Source of the DNA: a virus
Direction: 5' to 3' (one strand)
DNA length: 53,610 nt
IMG/VR virus record: IMGVR_UViG_3300021426_000022
Span: 1-53,610 of that record
Part shown: positions 30,374 through 40,713 of the stretch, in pieces
Layout: every line of letters begins with the position of its first letter
How positions within the stretch are numbered: position 1 is the first letter of the stretch
Made by a program: the position numbers and the translations under genes
Notes under the pieces: generated by a model
Databases searched by the model: none
What the model was told of the DNA's origin: nothing
Seen by the model: the letters and a program-made list of their open reading frames with translations, nothing else

Positions 30374-32626
30374 TTATGTAAATCGTAGTGTGACAGTAGC
30401 GCCGACACCGCATGGCTCGTTATTAACGACATTTGGAAACGCGGAACTCTTGGTGATTGTGATCCTGATGCCGAACGGTGACGGAGTAGCAGAGACGACG
30501 TATCCTGAAGCTGTCACCAGATCCAGGGAGCTTTCCACCAGATAATTCTCATTCTGGCGAAGATTTACCTTGCAGGATGTGACGGTAATGCTCGGCATTG
30601 CATCAGACGCACTCGGCATGGGATAAGGGATCGTAAAGCGCGCCTCTGCGCCGCCCGATGTGACATATCCGACTCCGTCCCACGATCCTGTCTTTGTCGC
30701 GCCCTTGCGGGCAGTCTCCGCGAGCTGTCTCCATCCGTACCAGATGGAAACATGAGCCACATAAGACCTCACGAAGATATCTCCGTGATACGTCATGACA
30801 ATCTGTGCGCGGCTCTCCTTCGTGAACGGCACCGGAACTACCCACATGACAAAAGCCTGAGTCGTGGGGGCGTTTGTCAGGTTTGTTGCCACCGCTACCG
30901 TAGGGGCCACGTAGCGTCCCACCGTCAACACGTCGTTCAGATCGTCGCCGGCCAGCACTTTTGTGTCCGTCATAGTGTTCTTGCTTTGACCGTCCAAACG
31001 GCTGTCAAACATGAGCTCGGAAACACTCACGTACCGCTGCCCGGACGTATTTGCGATATCTGTCAGCATGTAAATCTTACCGCCTACATTTACAAGCGCC
31101 TTCGGCTCGTCGCCGGTTAAATAGTCGCTCGCTATACGGTATGCTTTTTTCAAGCTGTTGTCGGCATAATTATGCTGAGCGATGTACGCCGCGCCCGGCC
31201 CGGAAAATAACTGTAAAATCTGTTGTCCGTAAACAACGGCCTGTTCTGCCACAAGCGCGTCGGAGGCGCTAAGCCCCGCCGCTTCCTTGACCGTATCAGT
31301 AAGCACCGGGAACGCCTTGTCAATTAACCCGAAGGACGAACTGACAGCGCCGTTTACGAACGCCCCGTCACTATGCTCAAAAGTACAATAGTACATGTCA
31401 TTGTCAGGATCATAAGCGATCCCCCACACGCGATAGGACACGGGCGCAGGCTGCCATGATTCGAGCGCAAGTGTGTCGGGGTCGATTACTGCTATTTTGC
31501 GGCCGTTAGTGCCGTTACCGCACGCCGCATATATTTTGTGCGTGTTGGGGTTGTAGCATATACCGGCGCCCTGGCCGCCGTCCGCGATCACTTTGGACAG
31601 GCCCTCCACGGGGGTGAAATCTGTATCATACGCCGTCAATACCAGATCCGTGTTCTCGTTCTTATCTGCGTAGCTCGTGCCGTACGCTACAACAATCCTG
31701 CCATTGGCGGAATCGTAGCAGGCACCGCGGAGCGTGTAATCTCTCGTGTTTGCCACACTTGCATTGAACTGCTTAACAACGTGCTCCACCGGCGCACTGT
31801 CCCGCACAGCCTTGCTTACTATCAGGGGTTTTGTGTTATACGTCCCGCTGTCATTTACCACAACGCTGTCGTCCGACCAGATCGGAGCGCTGAGCTTATA
31901 CGTGGCCATTGGTACAACAACCTTCTCACCGCTTGCCAGCGCAGTCTCAAATGCAGCTGTATCGTCCGTGGTTCCGTCACCCTTTGCCCCGTACATCTGA
32001 GGAGTTACATATCCGCCGCTGAGAGCCTCAACGCCGCCGCTGCTGTTGAAGGTGAGTATCTTGTTGCTGCCTGACGCATTGGAAAGCGTTGCGGCAAGCG
32101 ACTGGAGGACCTGGGGCATAGATTCGATGTTCCGTGCAACATTGGCGGCGGATTCCGCTGCCTCATTTGCTGCATTTGCTGCTTCCGTCGCGGCTTCTGT
32201 CGCTTCATTTGCGGCTGTGGCCGCGCCCTCGGCTGCTTCAAGGCTCGATTCAATATAGTTTATGACACTCTCGGACTGTGCCCCGTCTTCAAGAGGAGAT
32301 TTTTCAACGTCCAAGATGAAGTTTGCCGTTGCGCGCCTTCCACTTGCATTCGTGAAGACAAGCTCTGCAATGCAGGGTCCCCACATAGCCGTCATCTGCT
32401 CTTCAAGCGTGATAGTGGCCACGTTGCCGCGGAGCACCACCGTGCCGCCTGCATAGACGTTCTTATCCGGTTTTCCGATGTTGATAACTGCCGAATAGCC
32501 AGCCAGTGAGAAGACCGTATCGCCATCGTAGACCGTGAAGTCGATGGTATATCCCCTGTCATACTGATTGACCGGCACAACTACCGGCGCATCGCCGGGA
32601 ATTAAATTCAAGTTGTAGGATGCCAT
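30374..32626 (-). CDS. BppU-like baseplate/receptor-binding protein with a pectate-lyase-type motif
   Basis: N-terminal BppU_N-like Ig domain (VNQYDRGYTIDFTVYDGD...), an Ala-rich coiled coil, and YGAKGDGTTDDTAAFETAL (Pectate_lyase_3 signature). Confidence 0.7.
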   Translation of the reverse strand: MASYNLNLIPGDAPVVVPVNQYDRGYTIDFTVYDGDTVFSLAGYSAVINIGKPDKNVYAGGTVVLRGNVATITLEEQMTAMWGPCIAELVFTNASGRRATANFILDVEKSPLEDGAQSESVINYIESSLEAAEGAATAANEATEAATEAANAANEAAESAANVARNIESMPQVLQSLAATLSNASGSNKILTFNSSGGVEALSGGYVTPQMYGAKGDGTTDDTAAFETALASGEKVVVPMATYKLSAPIWSDDSVVVNDSGTYNTKPLIVSKAVRDSAPVEHVVKQFNASVANTRDYTLRGACYDSANGRIVVAYGTSYADKNENTDLVLTAYDTDFTPVEGLSKVIADGGQGAGICYNPNTHKIYAACGNGTNGRKIAVIDPDTLALESWQPAPVSYRVWGIAYDPDNDMYYCTFEHSDGAFVNGAVSSSFGLIDKAFPVLTDTVKEAAGLSASDALVAEQAVVYGQQILQLFSGPGAAYIAQHNYADNSLKKAYRIASDYLTGDEPKALVNVGGKIYMLTDIANTSGQRYVSVSELMFDSRLDGQSKNTMTDTKVLAGDDLNDVLTVGRYVAPTVAVATNLTNAPTTQAFVMWVVPVPFTKESRAQIVMTYHGDIFVRSYVAHVSIWYGWRQLAETARKGATKTGSWDGVGYVTSGGAEARFTIPYPMPSASDAMPSITVTSCKVNLRQNENYLVESSLDLVTASGYVVSATPSPFGIRITITKSSAFPNVVNNEPCGVGATVTLRFT

Positions 32627-33733
32627 TTACTCTGTTTCCACCTCCTCAACTTCAAGATTTACATACTCGCCAAATGTTACCGTTGTGTACATCTCTTCTT
32701 CAGATTCTTCAATCTTCGTTACTCTTGCGGATACGAAAATCATTCCATCCGTATCAGACAGCTTAACCGTGTCACCGACATTAAGAACAATGTCCGGGTC
32801 AAGAATATCGGCTGAGAATTCTTCCTGCATGTGGTTGCGCTTTCTCAATTCCGCCACTGCCTTGCTGAGAAGCATCTTCTTGTTGGATGTATCATACGAG
32901 AAGAAAGCGATTACCCATCCGCCGCCTTCGTCCTTGGCCTTGAATCTCCGCCAATTCTCTCTACCCTTTCGGCTGTAAAGACTGCCACCCTCAGAGAGCC
33001 AGATATCACCGTCATCGTAAGTCATGCCGACTAAGTTGATGGGTTTCTCTTCGCCTTCCGGAGTGCCGCCCTCTACCCTCAGAGCAGTAGCAAATGTCGC
33101 AAGGCTTCTCTTTCGCTTGATAGAAGATATCTCTCTTCCTGCAACAAGAGGCTTTTGCAATGCCTTTCCGCGCTTCTTGCGGATATCGATGTACATTCCT
33201 GTAATCCGGAGACCGTCAATGTCAAAATCGAACTCAAGCTCTACACCGAAGCTGTTGGCCACAGACAGGATCCTCTCCATGACGGTTGATGTGGAATCCC
33301 AGGACAACGTCCGCTCATTCCTCGGAATGTCATTGTGTCGGATGGTGAAACCGCTGTCCTTGATGAATAGATTCAAGTAGTATGTGATACGATGCTTTCC
33401 ATCGGCAGCCATCGCTTTGGCTTCCTCGCAGACGAGGTCAATTCCCCCGCCTTCAAGGTGCATCCACACGCGCCCTAATTCGGGCTCGCTCTGCGACTCC
33501 AAGATGGTAAAGACCCGATACCGGTTAAGGCGCTTCCTGAGGACATACCCGCCCGGCTCCGCGCATCTCTCCGCCTTCCTGCGCATCCCCTTGGGATACT
33601 CAAGGTAGCATTCCATTATAGGAGCACCCGTGTCCAGCTCGTCCTGATACACATCACCCGTGATGATCATCCCGTCACGAGCACCCGCCATACCGAGGAC
33701 ATTGAGCATTTTGTCCGTAAAGTAGACAATCAT
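32627..33733 (-). CDS. Tail-associated lysin-type baseplate hub, N-terminal structural domain only (Tal)
   Basis: Position after Dit, 368 aa, typical MIVYFTDK...L..L start. ATGA overlap with the Dit stop. Confidence 0.65.
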   Translation of the reverse strand: MIVYFTDKMLNVLGMAGARDGMIITGDVYQDELDTGAPIMECYLEYPKGMRRKAERCAEPGGYVLRKRLNRYRVFTILESQSEPELGRVWMHLEGGGIDLVCEEAKAMAADGKHRITYYLNLFIKDSGFTIRHNDIPRNERTLSWDSTSTVMERILSVANSFGVELEFDFDIDGLRITGMYIDIRKKRGKALQKPLVAGREISSIKRKRSLATFATALRVEGGTPEGEEKPINLVGMTYDDGDIWLSEGGSLYSRKGRENWRRFKAKDEGGGWVIAFFSYDTSNKKMLLSKAVAELRKRNHMQEEFSADILDPDIVLNVGDTVKLSDTDGMIFVSARVTKIEESEEEMYTTVTFGEYVNLEVEEVETE

Positions 33734-35382
33734 TCCCACACCTCCCGGTAAGACATCGTGTATGATGTGGGTTTTGCTCCCATGTCATCTGTCGTGACTG
33801 CACTGCATTCAATCCGATTAAATCCCGGCTTCAGTGAGAACTCCATCCAGTTGTTGTCAATACTTCCAAGTGCGGGATTCGGTCTGCCGTTCGACCTGAT
33901 TTCTCCGGTCGAGCAGTCAATCACGATGTTCTCTGATGCACGCATGACGTTGGCCAGCTCGTCCTGCGATGTCCTGCCGGTTGCTATGCTCTGCGCCAAG
34001 GATATGCCGAGACCGGACATCTGCTGCTGTCCCTTTACTCTGGCCAGAGAGACACATACATACTTGGGATTAGTCCCCTGCATGATGGATGTGTAAGCTG
34101 ATGCATCGATCTCGTAGGTCTCTTCGCCGAGAGTAAAGGTGTAGATATCGCCAAACCTTGCGATTCCGATGCCGATGCCGTTCAGTCCGCTGATCGGATT
34201 ATCTTTGCCGACCCTCACGCGCACTTTCTTGGCTTCCACGCCATAGACGCACATAACTGCTGTAGCGTATGCCGAACCGACTCCGGTCTTTTCAAGAATG
34301 ATTTCAGCCTCTTCGATTTCCGCTGTAAGTGTATCGCTCTGCTCGATAATCTCTGAAACAAGTCCGAAATGGAAATATCCGACCTCACGAAGATCGTCCG
34401 TGTAAAACAACGGCTGTGCTGTGACAACGTAGTTGCGCATTGTCGTCTGCGTGATTGCTTTGTAAAGCGTGATGCCCGTTACTTCGGAAGTATCTATCGT
34501 AGGATCAACGATTTCCTCCTCTTCCTCGGTCTCTTCCTCGTCTTCTGTGATCTGCTCGCTCGGAATGACTCGTGTCATCGTTAAGTAACGAGTGCCGTTA
34601 ATGGTGACCACTTCCTGCGATCCGTCGTTGACTCTGACCGGAGTCATGCGGTAGTATTCCTCCGCATATCTTGTCACCGTATCCGGATAGATTCCCGTGT
34701 TAAGGAAGGAATTTGCATTAACGATGAGGTTTCTCGTGCCTCTTGCCAAGCCTGCATTGTTTGCGTCAGGTGTGCCGATGGCAATCATGTTTCCGGCATC
34801 ATCCGAAAACAGCAAAGACTCTGTCTCTGCCCTCGTTGTTGTCCGGAGAATCGGATAAGCATCCACTGTGCCTCTATAATCAAGCTCGATAGTTGCCCGT
34901 CCGCCGTCTGCCGGAACGGTGATGCTGTGCTCATCCACCGCATACTTGTACGGATCCGAGCAGACGAAGACAAGCTCGCCCGTTACAAAGAGATCTCCGG
35001 TATCCTCCATTTCGATATCTGTCAGCGTGCCACGAAAGAACTTATCCGGTTCATCGTTGAAAATTAATTCCGCCTCTTCTTCCTTCAGGAGCTTCTTGAG
35101 AGCATTGAACTTATAAGCGTAGTCCCTTGCGTTTTTGGTATTCATCTGGAAGCCCACATGGATCTCTCTCGGCTTCCGCCTGACGGAGCGGAAACGCGCC
35201 CCGTCACGATCTGAGGACTCTGTCTGGGATACTTCCCGCTCGTTCCCCTCGCGTCCCGATGTGTACAGTGTCCTGTACCCGGGGACCATTTTCTCGATGA
35301 AGCTCCCGTTGAAGCACAAGGCTTCAGACGGGAGCTCGTCAAGAGGCTTTAAGAGTTCTGCTGTATCATGGAATTTATACAT
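33730..35382 (-). CDS. Distal tail protein (Dit, Sipho_tail family) with an inserted domain
   Basis: Position directly after the tape measure. N-terminal pattern FNG...VPGYRTLYTSGRE...IHVGF...LIFNDEPDKFF. 550 aa, which implies an insertion. Confidence 0.72.
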   Translation of the reverse strand: MYKFHDTAELLKPLDELPSEALCFNGSFIEKMVPGYRTLYTSGREGNEREVSQTESSDRDGARFRSVRRKPREIHVGFQMNTKNARDYAYKFNALKKLLKEEEAELIFNDEPDKFFRGTLTDIEMEDTGDLFVTGELVFVCSDPYKYAVDEHSITVPADGGRATIELDYRGTVDAYPILRTTTRAETESLLFSDDAGNMIAIGTPDANNAGLARGTRNLIVNANSFLNTGIYPDTVTRYAEEYYRMTPVRVNDGSQEVVTINGTRYLTMTRVIPSEQITEDEEETEEEEEIVDPTIDTSEVTGITLYKAITQTTMRNYVVTAQPLFYTDDLREVGYFHFGLVSEIIEQSDTLTAEIEEAEIILEKTGVGSAYATAVMCVYGVEAKKVRVRVGKDNPISGLNGIGIGIARFGDIYTFTLGEETYEIDASAYTSIMQGTNPKYVCVSLARVKGQQQMSGLGISLAQSIATGRTSQDELANVMRASENIVIDCSTGEIRSNGRPNPALGSIDNNWMEFSLKPGFNRIECSAVTTDDMGAKPTSYTMSYREVWE

Positions 35383-35383
35383 T

Positions 35384-38300
35384 TTATGCTCCTATTCCTC
35401 TTCTGCGTTTTTCGTTTCTGTTTATGTCGCCGCTCGTCTCTGCCGCAGCACGTCCGATCTCACGCTTATCGATGTAGGTCTTGACAATGATTGTCTGGTC
35501 TCTCGTGTAGCTCAAAGATTCATCAAGTCTGGCATCCACACCGAAGTCCTTTATATCCGCCTGGGATTTCCGAAGGATGTTGGACGGGATAGCCGCTATC
35601 TTCCGCGCCTGCGTCTTGACCATGCCCATCGACTTCTGGAGACCGATGGCATAGCCTTCACCGGTCCATTCACCGTTTTTGATCTGTACCTTAGACGGCG
35701 ATCCGATTTTGGCTTTTGCCTGAATGGCTGCATTTGCTGCCGCAGCTAAAGCCGCCGCCTGTGAAGCAACCGCACCGGCTTGTGATGCGAGACCTGCCGC
35801 CAGACCTTGACCGATGTAAGAGCCTGCTGAATACGCTGATCCATAGCCGCCCTGCATTGCCCCGGTTGCCGCAGAGACAAGAGAGGCACCTGCCGCAGCA
35901 GCTGATCCTGCCGCGGCTGATATTCCGTTTGCATAGTTCTGGCCGGTCTGCTGGCCTGCAACTCCTGCCTGTGCAGCGCCTCTGTTCATGGTGGCTATGA
36001 TCATAGCCACCGTAGCAGTAACGATTGCTCTGGACCTTGCACCGCCCGAGGTAAGTGCCGCCGTGACTCTGCTTACACCCGTCTTTGTGGCTGATACAAC
36101 GTCTGTACTGCCCTTTTTCACCGTTGCCGTGACCGATGCCATCGTAGCCGTGACCGTAGCCGTTAAGGCTGTCATACCGCTTTCTACAACGCTTATAGAT
36201 GTTTCCATCTGAGAGAGCGAGGATGCCGCACTCGATGCCTTGGAAGCAATACCGGACACCGATGCAAGTACAGCCGCCGCAGATACGGCAAGTGCCGCCA
36301 TGCCAACCGATGAAGCCGTTACCGCCGCAGCAAAGGCCACAAAGCCTGCTGTAGCTCCAACAAGGCCGGCCACCGCCGCGATCATGATAGCCGAGAACGC
36401 TGTGAGTGATGCCGTGAGAGCGATGATACCAGCTGACAGAGCCAGTGTACCGGCTGTCAAGGCCGTAAATCCTGCCGTGACCGTCATGGCGTTGGCGCCT
36501 ATTAACATAAGCCCCGCACCCATTAACGTAACACCGGCCGCGCACGTAAGCACGCCTGCCCCGAGCGCCATAACCGCCACACCGAGCGCAAGCACGCCAG
36601 CCGCCGCCACAACCGCTCCAGCTCCTGCCACAACGAGACCTGCGCCAAGTACAATAGCCCCCGCACCTGCAACAAGCGCTCCCGCGCCCGCTACTAACAT
36701 GGCCGCGCCCAGCGCCAGCAAGGCCGCCGCGCCCGTCATGCCATACGTTGCCAAGTTAGGCAATGCCGAAGAAAGTACCGCCACCGCTGCCGCCGCAAGA
36801 AGCGCACCTACCGAAACGAGCAGAACGGCCGCTCCGAACGCCACAAGGCCCACGGCGCCCGCCGTTAGCGCTGGGGCTAATACTGCCGCGCCAACCGCTA
36901 AAGCGGCCATAACGACCACCATAGCCGCAAACATAGCGATTGCCGGGGCGCCCGCGCTTGTAAGCGCAATAGCCGCCGCGGCCATAATTGCAAAACCAGC
37001 CGCCACAAGAAGCACTGCCGCCCCGATCATGAGGAAAGCTGTTCCTGCCGCCGTCATTTTCGCCGCTGACATTGTTGTACTCGTGACAAGGACGAAAAGC
37101 CCCGCCGCCAAAGCGCCCACAGCTATAACAAGCCCGGCCATAACTGCAATAGCCGCGCCGCCTGCGTTAGATAATGCGATTGCTGACTGTGCAAGGAGGG
37201 CAAAACCGACACTGATAAGGAGCACGCCCGCGCCTATCATCATGAAGGACTTAGCCGCCGAGAGCATTTTCTTGGAAGATGCACCTGCCGCCGTTCCGGT
37301 CTTTGTGAGACCTTCCGCGGCTCCTGCAAGCCCTCCACTGACTCCTTTGGCGAGAGCCCCGCCCAGGGTCATGAACGCGCCTCCGATTGTCGCTATAATC
37401 CCGCCGACAAACATAATAGCCTTGAAGGCCATAAATCCCGCAACAATTTTAGGGAGCCATGTGATAAGCTTTGCAATCGTACTGGAATGTGACTCGATAA
37501 AGCCAGAAAGAGAAACCAATGCACCCGTTACCATACTTAATGCTGATGAAAAGCTGTTAACTGATGCAGTTGATCCAAATTTTCCACTTAATTTTCCTAT
37601 ATCTGCAATAACAGCTGAAGCAGCAGAACCGAAGGCCGCTGAAACTGCACCGACATTTGTTTTAAATATCTCCCAGTACGGAGTTGCTTTATCTATAAAG
37701 GACGTTACTTTTTTAGCGATTGAATCACCGTCAAGCTTTTCTAATTGACCAATAATCCCGTTAATAGAACTAATAGCAACGCTCTGCAAAGCATCGAAAG
37801 AAGGCTGAAGCTTAACGGACATTGTTTCCTGCAACCCGTCCATTGCCTGGTCAGCTGTTTTATATGTTGTTGCTAACTCCGTGAATGCATCATTCGTTCC
37901 TACAGCCGTAACCGCATCAAAGAAATCCTGCGTTTTTATCGTGCCTTCCTGGACTCCCTGAATCATTTCGGACGTTGACATGCCCATCTGCTTTGCGACC
38001 GCTGCAATACCTGCCGGGGTCTGTTCAAGCATGAGCTTAAAGTCCATCCACTGCACTTTTGGCTTTGCGGCCATCTGCGTAGCCTGCTGAGAAAGCGTTT
38101 TCATCGCCTGTTTGGGATTTTCGGCCGCTGATGCGATACCTCCAAAACCTTTTACAAGCTGCTGTGCGGATTTTATTCCAACTGCATCAAGCTGAGCATA
38201 CGTTGTAGCCATTTCCGAAGCGGAGTAAATTGTTGCAGTCGCAAAGTCCTGTAATTCTGTTTTTACTGACTTGATGTCGCTTTCGGCATGGCCGTTCATC

Positions 38301-38545
38301 TCCATGTTTTTTTGGAAAGTCTGCCATGCAGCAGACGAAGAGCCGAGCTCTCCGGTCATGTCTCTAACGCCGTTTATAACAAAATCGACAGCCTTACCAC
38401 CTATGTTCATGAGGGCGCCGAAGCCGATGCCGCCCGTCAAGGTCTTTTGTAATCCGCCGACCTGATTCGAAATCTTTGAGAAGGTCGACGACATCTGCGA
38501 CCCGTCAGCTGACAGAATCGCTTTCAAGCTGTAACTTTCAGCCAT
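35384..38545 (-). CDS. Tape measure protein (1053 aa) with a ~450-aa Ala/Gly/Val-rich hydrophobic core
   Basis: Size and position after the G/GT chaperones. N-terminal minor-tail-protein-like helical region. Confidence 0.9.
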   Translation of the reverse strand: MAESYSLKAILSADGSQMSSTFSKISNQVGGLQKTLTGGIGFGALMNIGGKAVDFVINGVRDMTGELGSSSAAWQTFQKNMEMNGHAESDIKSVKTELQDFATATIYSASEMATTYAQLDAVGIKSAQQLVKGFGGIASAAENPKQAMKTLSQQATQMAAKPKVQWMDFKLMLEQTPAGIAAVAKQMGMSTSEMIQGVQEGTIKTQDFFDAVTAVGTNDAFTELATTYKTADQAMDGLQETMSVKLQPSFDALQSVAISSINGIIGQLEKLDGDSIAKKVTSFIDKATPYWEIFKTNVGAVSAAFGSAASAVIADIGKLSGKFGSTASVNSFSSALSMVTGALVSLSGFIESHSSTIAKLITWLPKIVAGFMAFKAIMFVGGIIATIGGAFMTLGGALAKGVSGGLAGAAEGLTKTGTAAGASSKKMLSAAKSFMMIGAGVLLISVGFALLAQSAIALSNAGGAAIAVMAGLVIAVGALAAGLFVLVTSTTMSAAKMTAAGTAFLMIGAAVLLVAAGFAIMAAAAIALTSAGAPAIAMFAAMVVVMAALAVGAAVLAPALTAGAVGLVAFGAAVLLVSVGALLAAAAVAVLSSALPNLATYGMTGAAALLALGAAMLVAGAGALVAGAGAIVLGAGLVVAGAGAVVAAAGVLALGVAVMALGAGVLTCAAGVTLMGAGLMLIGANAMTVTAGFTALTAGTLALSAGIIALTASLTAFSAIMIAAVAGLVGATAGFVAFAAAVTASSVGMAALAVSAAAVLASVSGIASKASSAASSLSQMETSISVVESGMTALTATVTATMASVTATVKKGSTDVVSATKTGVSRVTAALTSGGARSRAIVTATVAMIIATMNRGAAQAGVAGQQTGQNYANGISAAAGSAAAAGASLVSAATGAMQGGYGSAYSAGSYIGQGLAAGLASQAGAVASQAAALAAAANAAIQAKAKIGSPSKVQIKNGEWTGEGYAIGLQKSMGMVKTQARKIAAIPSNILRKSQADIKDFGVDARLDESLSYTRDQTIIVKTYIDKREIGRAAAETSGDINRNEKRRRGIGA

Positions 38546-38985
38546 TTACCTCGCCCCCTTCCGCTTTAAGAATCCACCGAGACCCTCGAAGCGGCTGTCA
38601 GGCTTTTTCTTATTCTTCTCAATGTTCTTCATCGCCGCCTCTTCGTTCCAGAAGAGCTTGAATTTCGGGTACGCTGTCTTGTATCCCTTGCCCGATTTCT
38701 TCTTACCATTCGCTCTCATCGTCTGCCATGCAAGGAAGTGCGTCCAGAAAGCCTTATCCGTCTCTCTGTACTGCACAGCTTCCATCAGCATCATATAGTC
38801 CGGTATGTCGAGCTTTTCAAACTCCTCTATCGTATAGTCAAGGTAGCGCACGCATGAAATCAGACACTCTCTGTAGAAGTCACTCCAGGACTGGTCTTCA
38901 GAGCCTCCTGCTTCTGCCTCTCTTCCATCTCCTGTACCATCTTGTAGAACTTCCGCGCCTTCGTTCTCGTACAGTTGGCATCCTG
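38546..38985 (-). CDS. gpT-like -1 frame extension of the tail assembly chaperone (made as a G-T fusion)
   Basis: The -1 frame is open from the slippery site at 38986-38992 down to the stop at 38546 (checked codon by codon). The ORF-track segment 38546-38851 is its C-terminal part. Confidence 0.7.
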
Positions 38986-39282
38986 TAAAAAATCCATTAC
39001 ATCCTTGAACGTGTGCTCGATATCGTCACAGTTTTCGATGTAGGATTCCAGATCCGCCTTAGTGACCCGCGGGGTCTGCCCTTTGTTCATCAGGTCAAGC
39101 GTCAGCAGAAGAGCATCTACATCACCGTCATAGAGTGATCCGAGGATATAGTTGAGACCTACATTCTGCTCCGTACCGTTCTGCTTCTGCTTTTTGATGG
39201 GTTCAGCCTCGCGGATGAAAGCAAAGCCTGCCTTGAATGCGTACACTTCTCCATTAATTTCAAGTTCCATAGTATTAGCCAT
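38860..39282 (-). CDS. Tail assembly chaperone (gpG-like)
   Basis: 140 aa between the major tail protein and the tape measure, with an acidic C-terminus. Confidence 0.8.
   Translation of the reverse strand: MANTMELEINGEVYAFKAGFAFIREAEPIKKQKQNGTEQNVGLNYILGSLYDGDVDALLLTLDLMNKGQTPRVTKADLESYIENCDDIEHTFKDVMDFLQDANCTRTKARKFYKMVQEMEERQKQEALKTSPGVTSTESV
38986..38992 (-). promoter_or_regulatory. Programmed -1 ribosomal frameshift slippery heptamer U UUU UUA
   Basis: The G frame reads GAT TTT TTA (codon phase verified from the start at 39282). This is the X XXY YYZ configuration, and the -1 frame stays open through to the gpT stop. Confidence 0.7.
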
Positions 39283-39321
39283 TGTTCTTATCTCCTTTCT
39301 CTGCCTTATGAGAAAAATGCC

Positions 39322-39370
39322 TTATAAAAAAAATAAACCAGCAGGCTCATTCGTTATGCCCTGCTGGTTT
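39322..39370 (-). terminator. Rho-independent terminator after the major tail protein gene
   Basis: The minus strand reads AAACCAGCAGG, a 14-nt loop, CCTGCTGGTTT-ATTTTTTTTAT. Confidence 0.8.
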
Positions 39371-39386
39371 TCTGTGTGTGTCCATA

Positions 39387-39935
39387 TCACGCGCCGGTCT
39401 TTGTCGTATCAGCGAAGACGTAGGATGCAACGGCCTGCTGTGCCGTGGTGACAGTGACACCGGCGCCGCCGTCCGGGGCCCCGATGCCGTTGGCCGCATA
39501 TGTGTAAGAGTACTCAGCAAAGTCCTCAGCGTTGGACGTTTTCGTCCACTCCGTCAGGATGCCCTGATAGTACGTGCCGGCGAATTTATTAGTGCCTGTG
39601 CGCGGGTTGCTCAAATCCGCCTCCCAGCACTCGACAAGCTTGTTGTGGAGCATCGCGTTGCGGAGCTTCTCGCCCAGAGTCTCATCTCCCTTGAGAACGA
39701 TAGCCGTTCCGGTGATCTCCACGGTAACTGCGCCCGGCTTCTGAATTACTCCGTCCTTTGTGACCGTGCTGTCCGAATCTGCCGAAGCGCTGTTCTCATT
39801 TTCGGTTGTGAAGGCAAGAACCGTACCGGCATCAGTAGCCGCATCTTCGAAAACGCGGAACAGATACACGATCTTACTGCCCTGCACTGCCTCAGCCGCA
39901 TCTGCAAAAAGCTGAAGGTTCATTTTTTTGCGCAT
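39387..39935 (-). CDS. Major tail (tube) protein carrying an N-terminal MNLQLFA propeptide motif
   Basis: 182 aa, position and TP901-1/phi13-like pattern. N-terminus MRKKMNLQLFADAAE. Confidence 0.8.
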   Translation of the reverse strand: MRKKMNLQLFADAAEAVQGSKIVYLFRVFEDAATDAGTVLAFTTENENSASADSDSTVTKDGVIQKPGAVTVEITGTAIVLKGDETLGEKLRNAMLHNKLVECWEADLSNPRTGTNKFAGTYYQGILTEWTKTSNAEDFAEYSYTYAANGIGAPDGGAGVTVTTAQQAVASYVFADTTKTGA

Positions 39936-39959
39936 TTTTATACCTCCTGAGTTTTTAGT

Positions 39960-40355
39960 TCAATGTTTTGGTGAAAAATAGACTACAGCCTCAACTATGC
40001 CATGCATAAGAGGCGTTGATGTTGTGTTATCCGGTATGATCCTGCTTACTACACTCCTCACCATGAAGCTGTAGTCTGCGCATGTGGCGCTCCTTAAAAC
40101 GGATTTGACCGCCGCGAGCATTGCCGATACAGTACCGCGCTTCGTAAAGTCTGAGTGCCATACATGGATCGTAACGGGGATATTTCCGAGGATAACCGAC
40201 TTTGTTTCTCGGTCATTCTGATCGAACTCTCCGAGATAGATAAACGGATAAGGCGTATCCTCTCCCGGGAGCTGTCCGTCATACACGGAATCAGGATAAG
40301 ATTCTAAGAGCTTTCCGCGCACTGCCGTAAAGAGTGCCTGCTGTGGTTCCATCAT
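39960..40355 (-). CDS. Tail terminator / tail completion protein (DUF3168-like)
   Basis: 131 aa. Position between the gp10-like protein and the tube protein. Confidence 0.6.
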   Translation of the reverse strand: MMEPQQALFTAVRGKLLESYPDSVYDGQLPGEDTPYPFIYLGEFDQNDRETKSVILGNIPVTIHVWHSDFTKRGTVSAMLAAVKSVLRSATCADYSFMVRSVVSRIIPDNTTSTPLMHGIVEAVVYFSPKH

Positions 40356-40369
40356 CTTGTTCTCACTCC

Positions 40370-40708
40370 TTACTCCATGAGCTTTCTAAGGTCTGATTTG
40401 AATCGGGCCGATTCCTGGATGAATGCCGGCCTCATGTACGGTTGTGCTGACATATAACGAGTACCGTACTCGACATACGCCGCATAGTTTGTGTGAGGCT
40501 CCACTTCTACCGTCATGCCGTTGTCCAGCTCCACAAGCGTTATGCTATCCGCAAGTGTGCCCGTATCTCTCGGACAGATCAGGTGAGCTGTTGTCTGCAT
40601 TTCAGAACCGTGTTTCTGCACACATGCTTTCACATCTTCAAGCTTGACGTTCTTCTTCAGCTTGGCCTGAAGCTCGTCAAAGCCTTCGAGTTTCACGCCC
40701 ATGCTCAT
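40370..40708 (-). CDS. HK97 gp10-family tail component / neck protein
   Basis: Pattern PRDTGTLADSI...YAAYVEYGTRYMSAQPYMRPA. Confidence 0.75.
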   Translation of the reverse strand: MSMGVKLEGFDELQAKLKKNVKLEDVKACVQKHGSEMQTTAHLICPRDTGTLADSITLVELDNGMTVEVEPHTNYAAYVEYGTRYMSAQPYMRPAFIQESARFKSDLRKLME

Positions 40709-40713
40709 AACAA

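Noticed and set aside
35691-36545. 284-aa minus-strand ORF in an alternative frame inside the tape measure gene
   Set aside because: It is a Gly/Arg/Cys-rich frame-shifted reading of the same repetitive GC-rich codons and lies entirely inside a well-supported gene.
36240-37748. 502-aa plus-strand ORF antisense to the tape measure gene
   Set aside because: Its translation is almost pure Ala/Pro/Thr/Ser low complexity. This mirrors the GCN-rich hydrophobic core of the tape measure protein on the other strand. It has no SD and no independent signal, so it is a shadow ORF.
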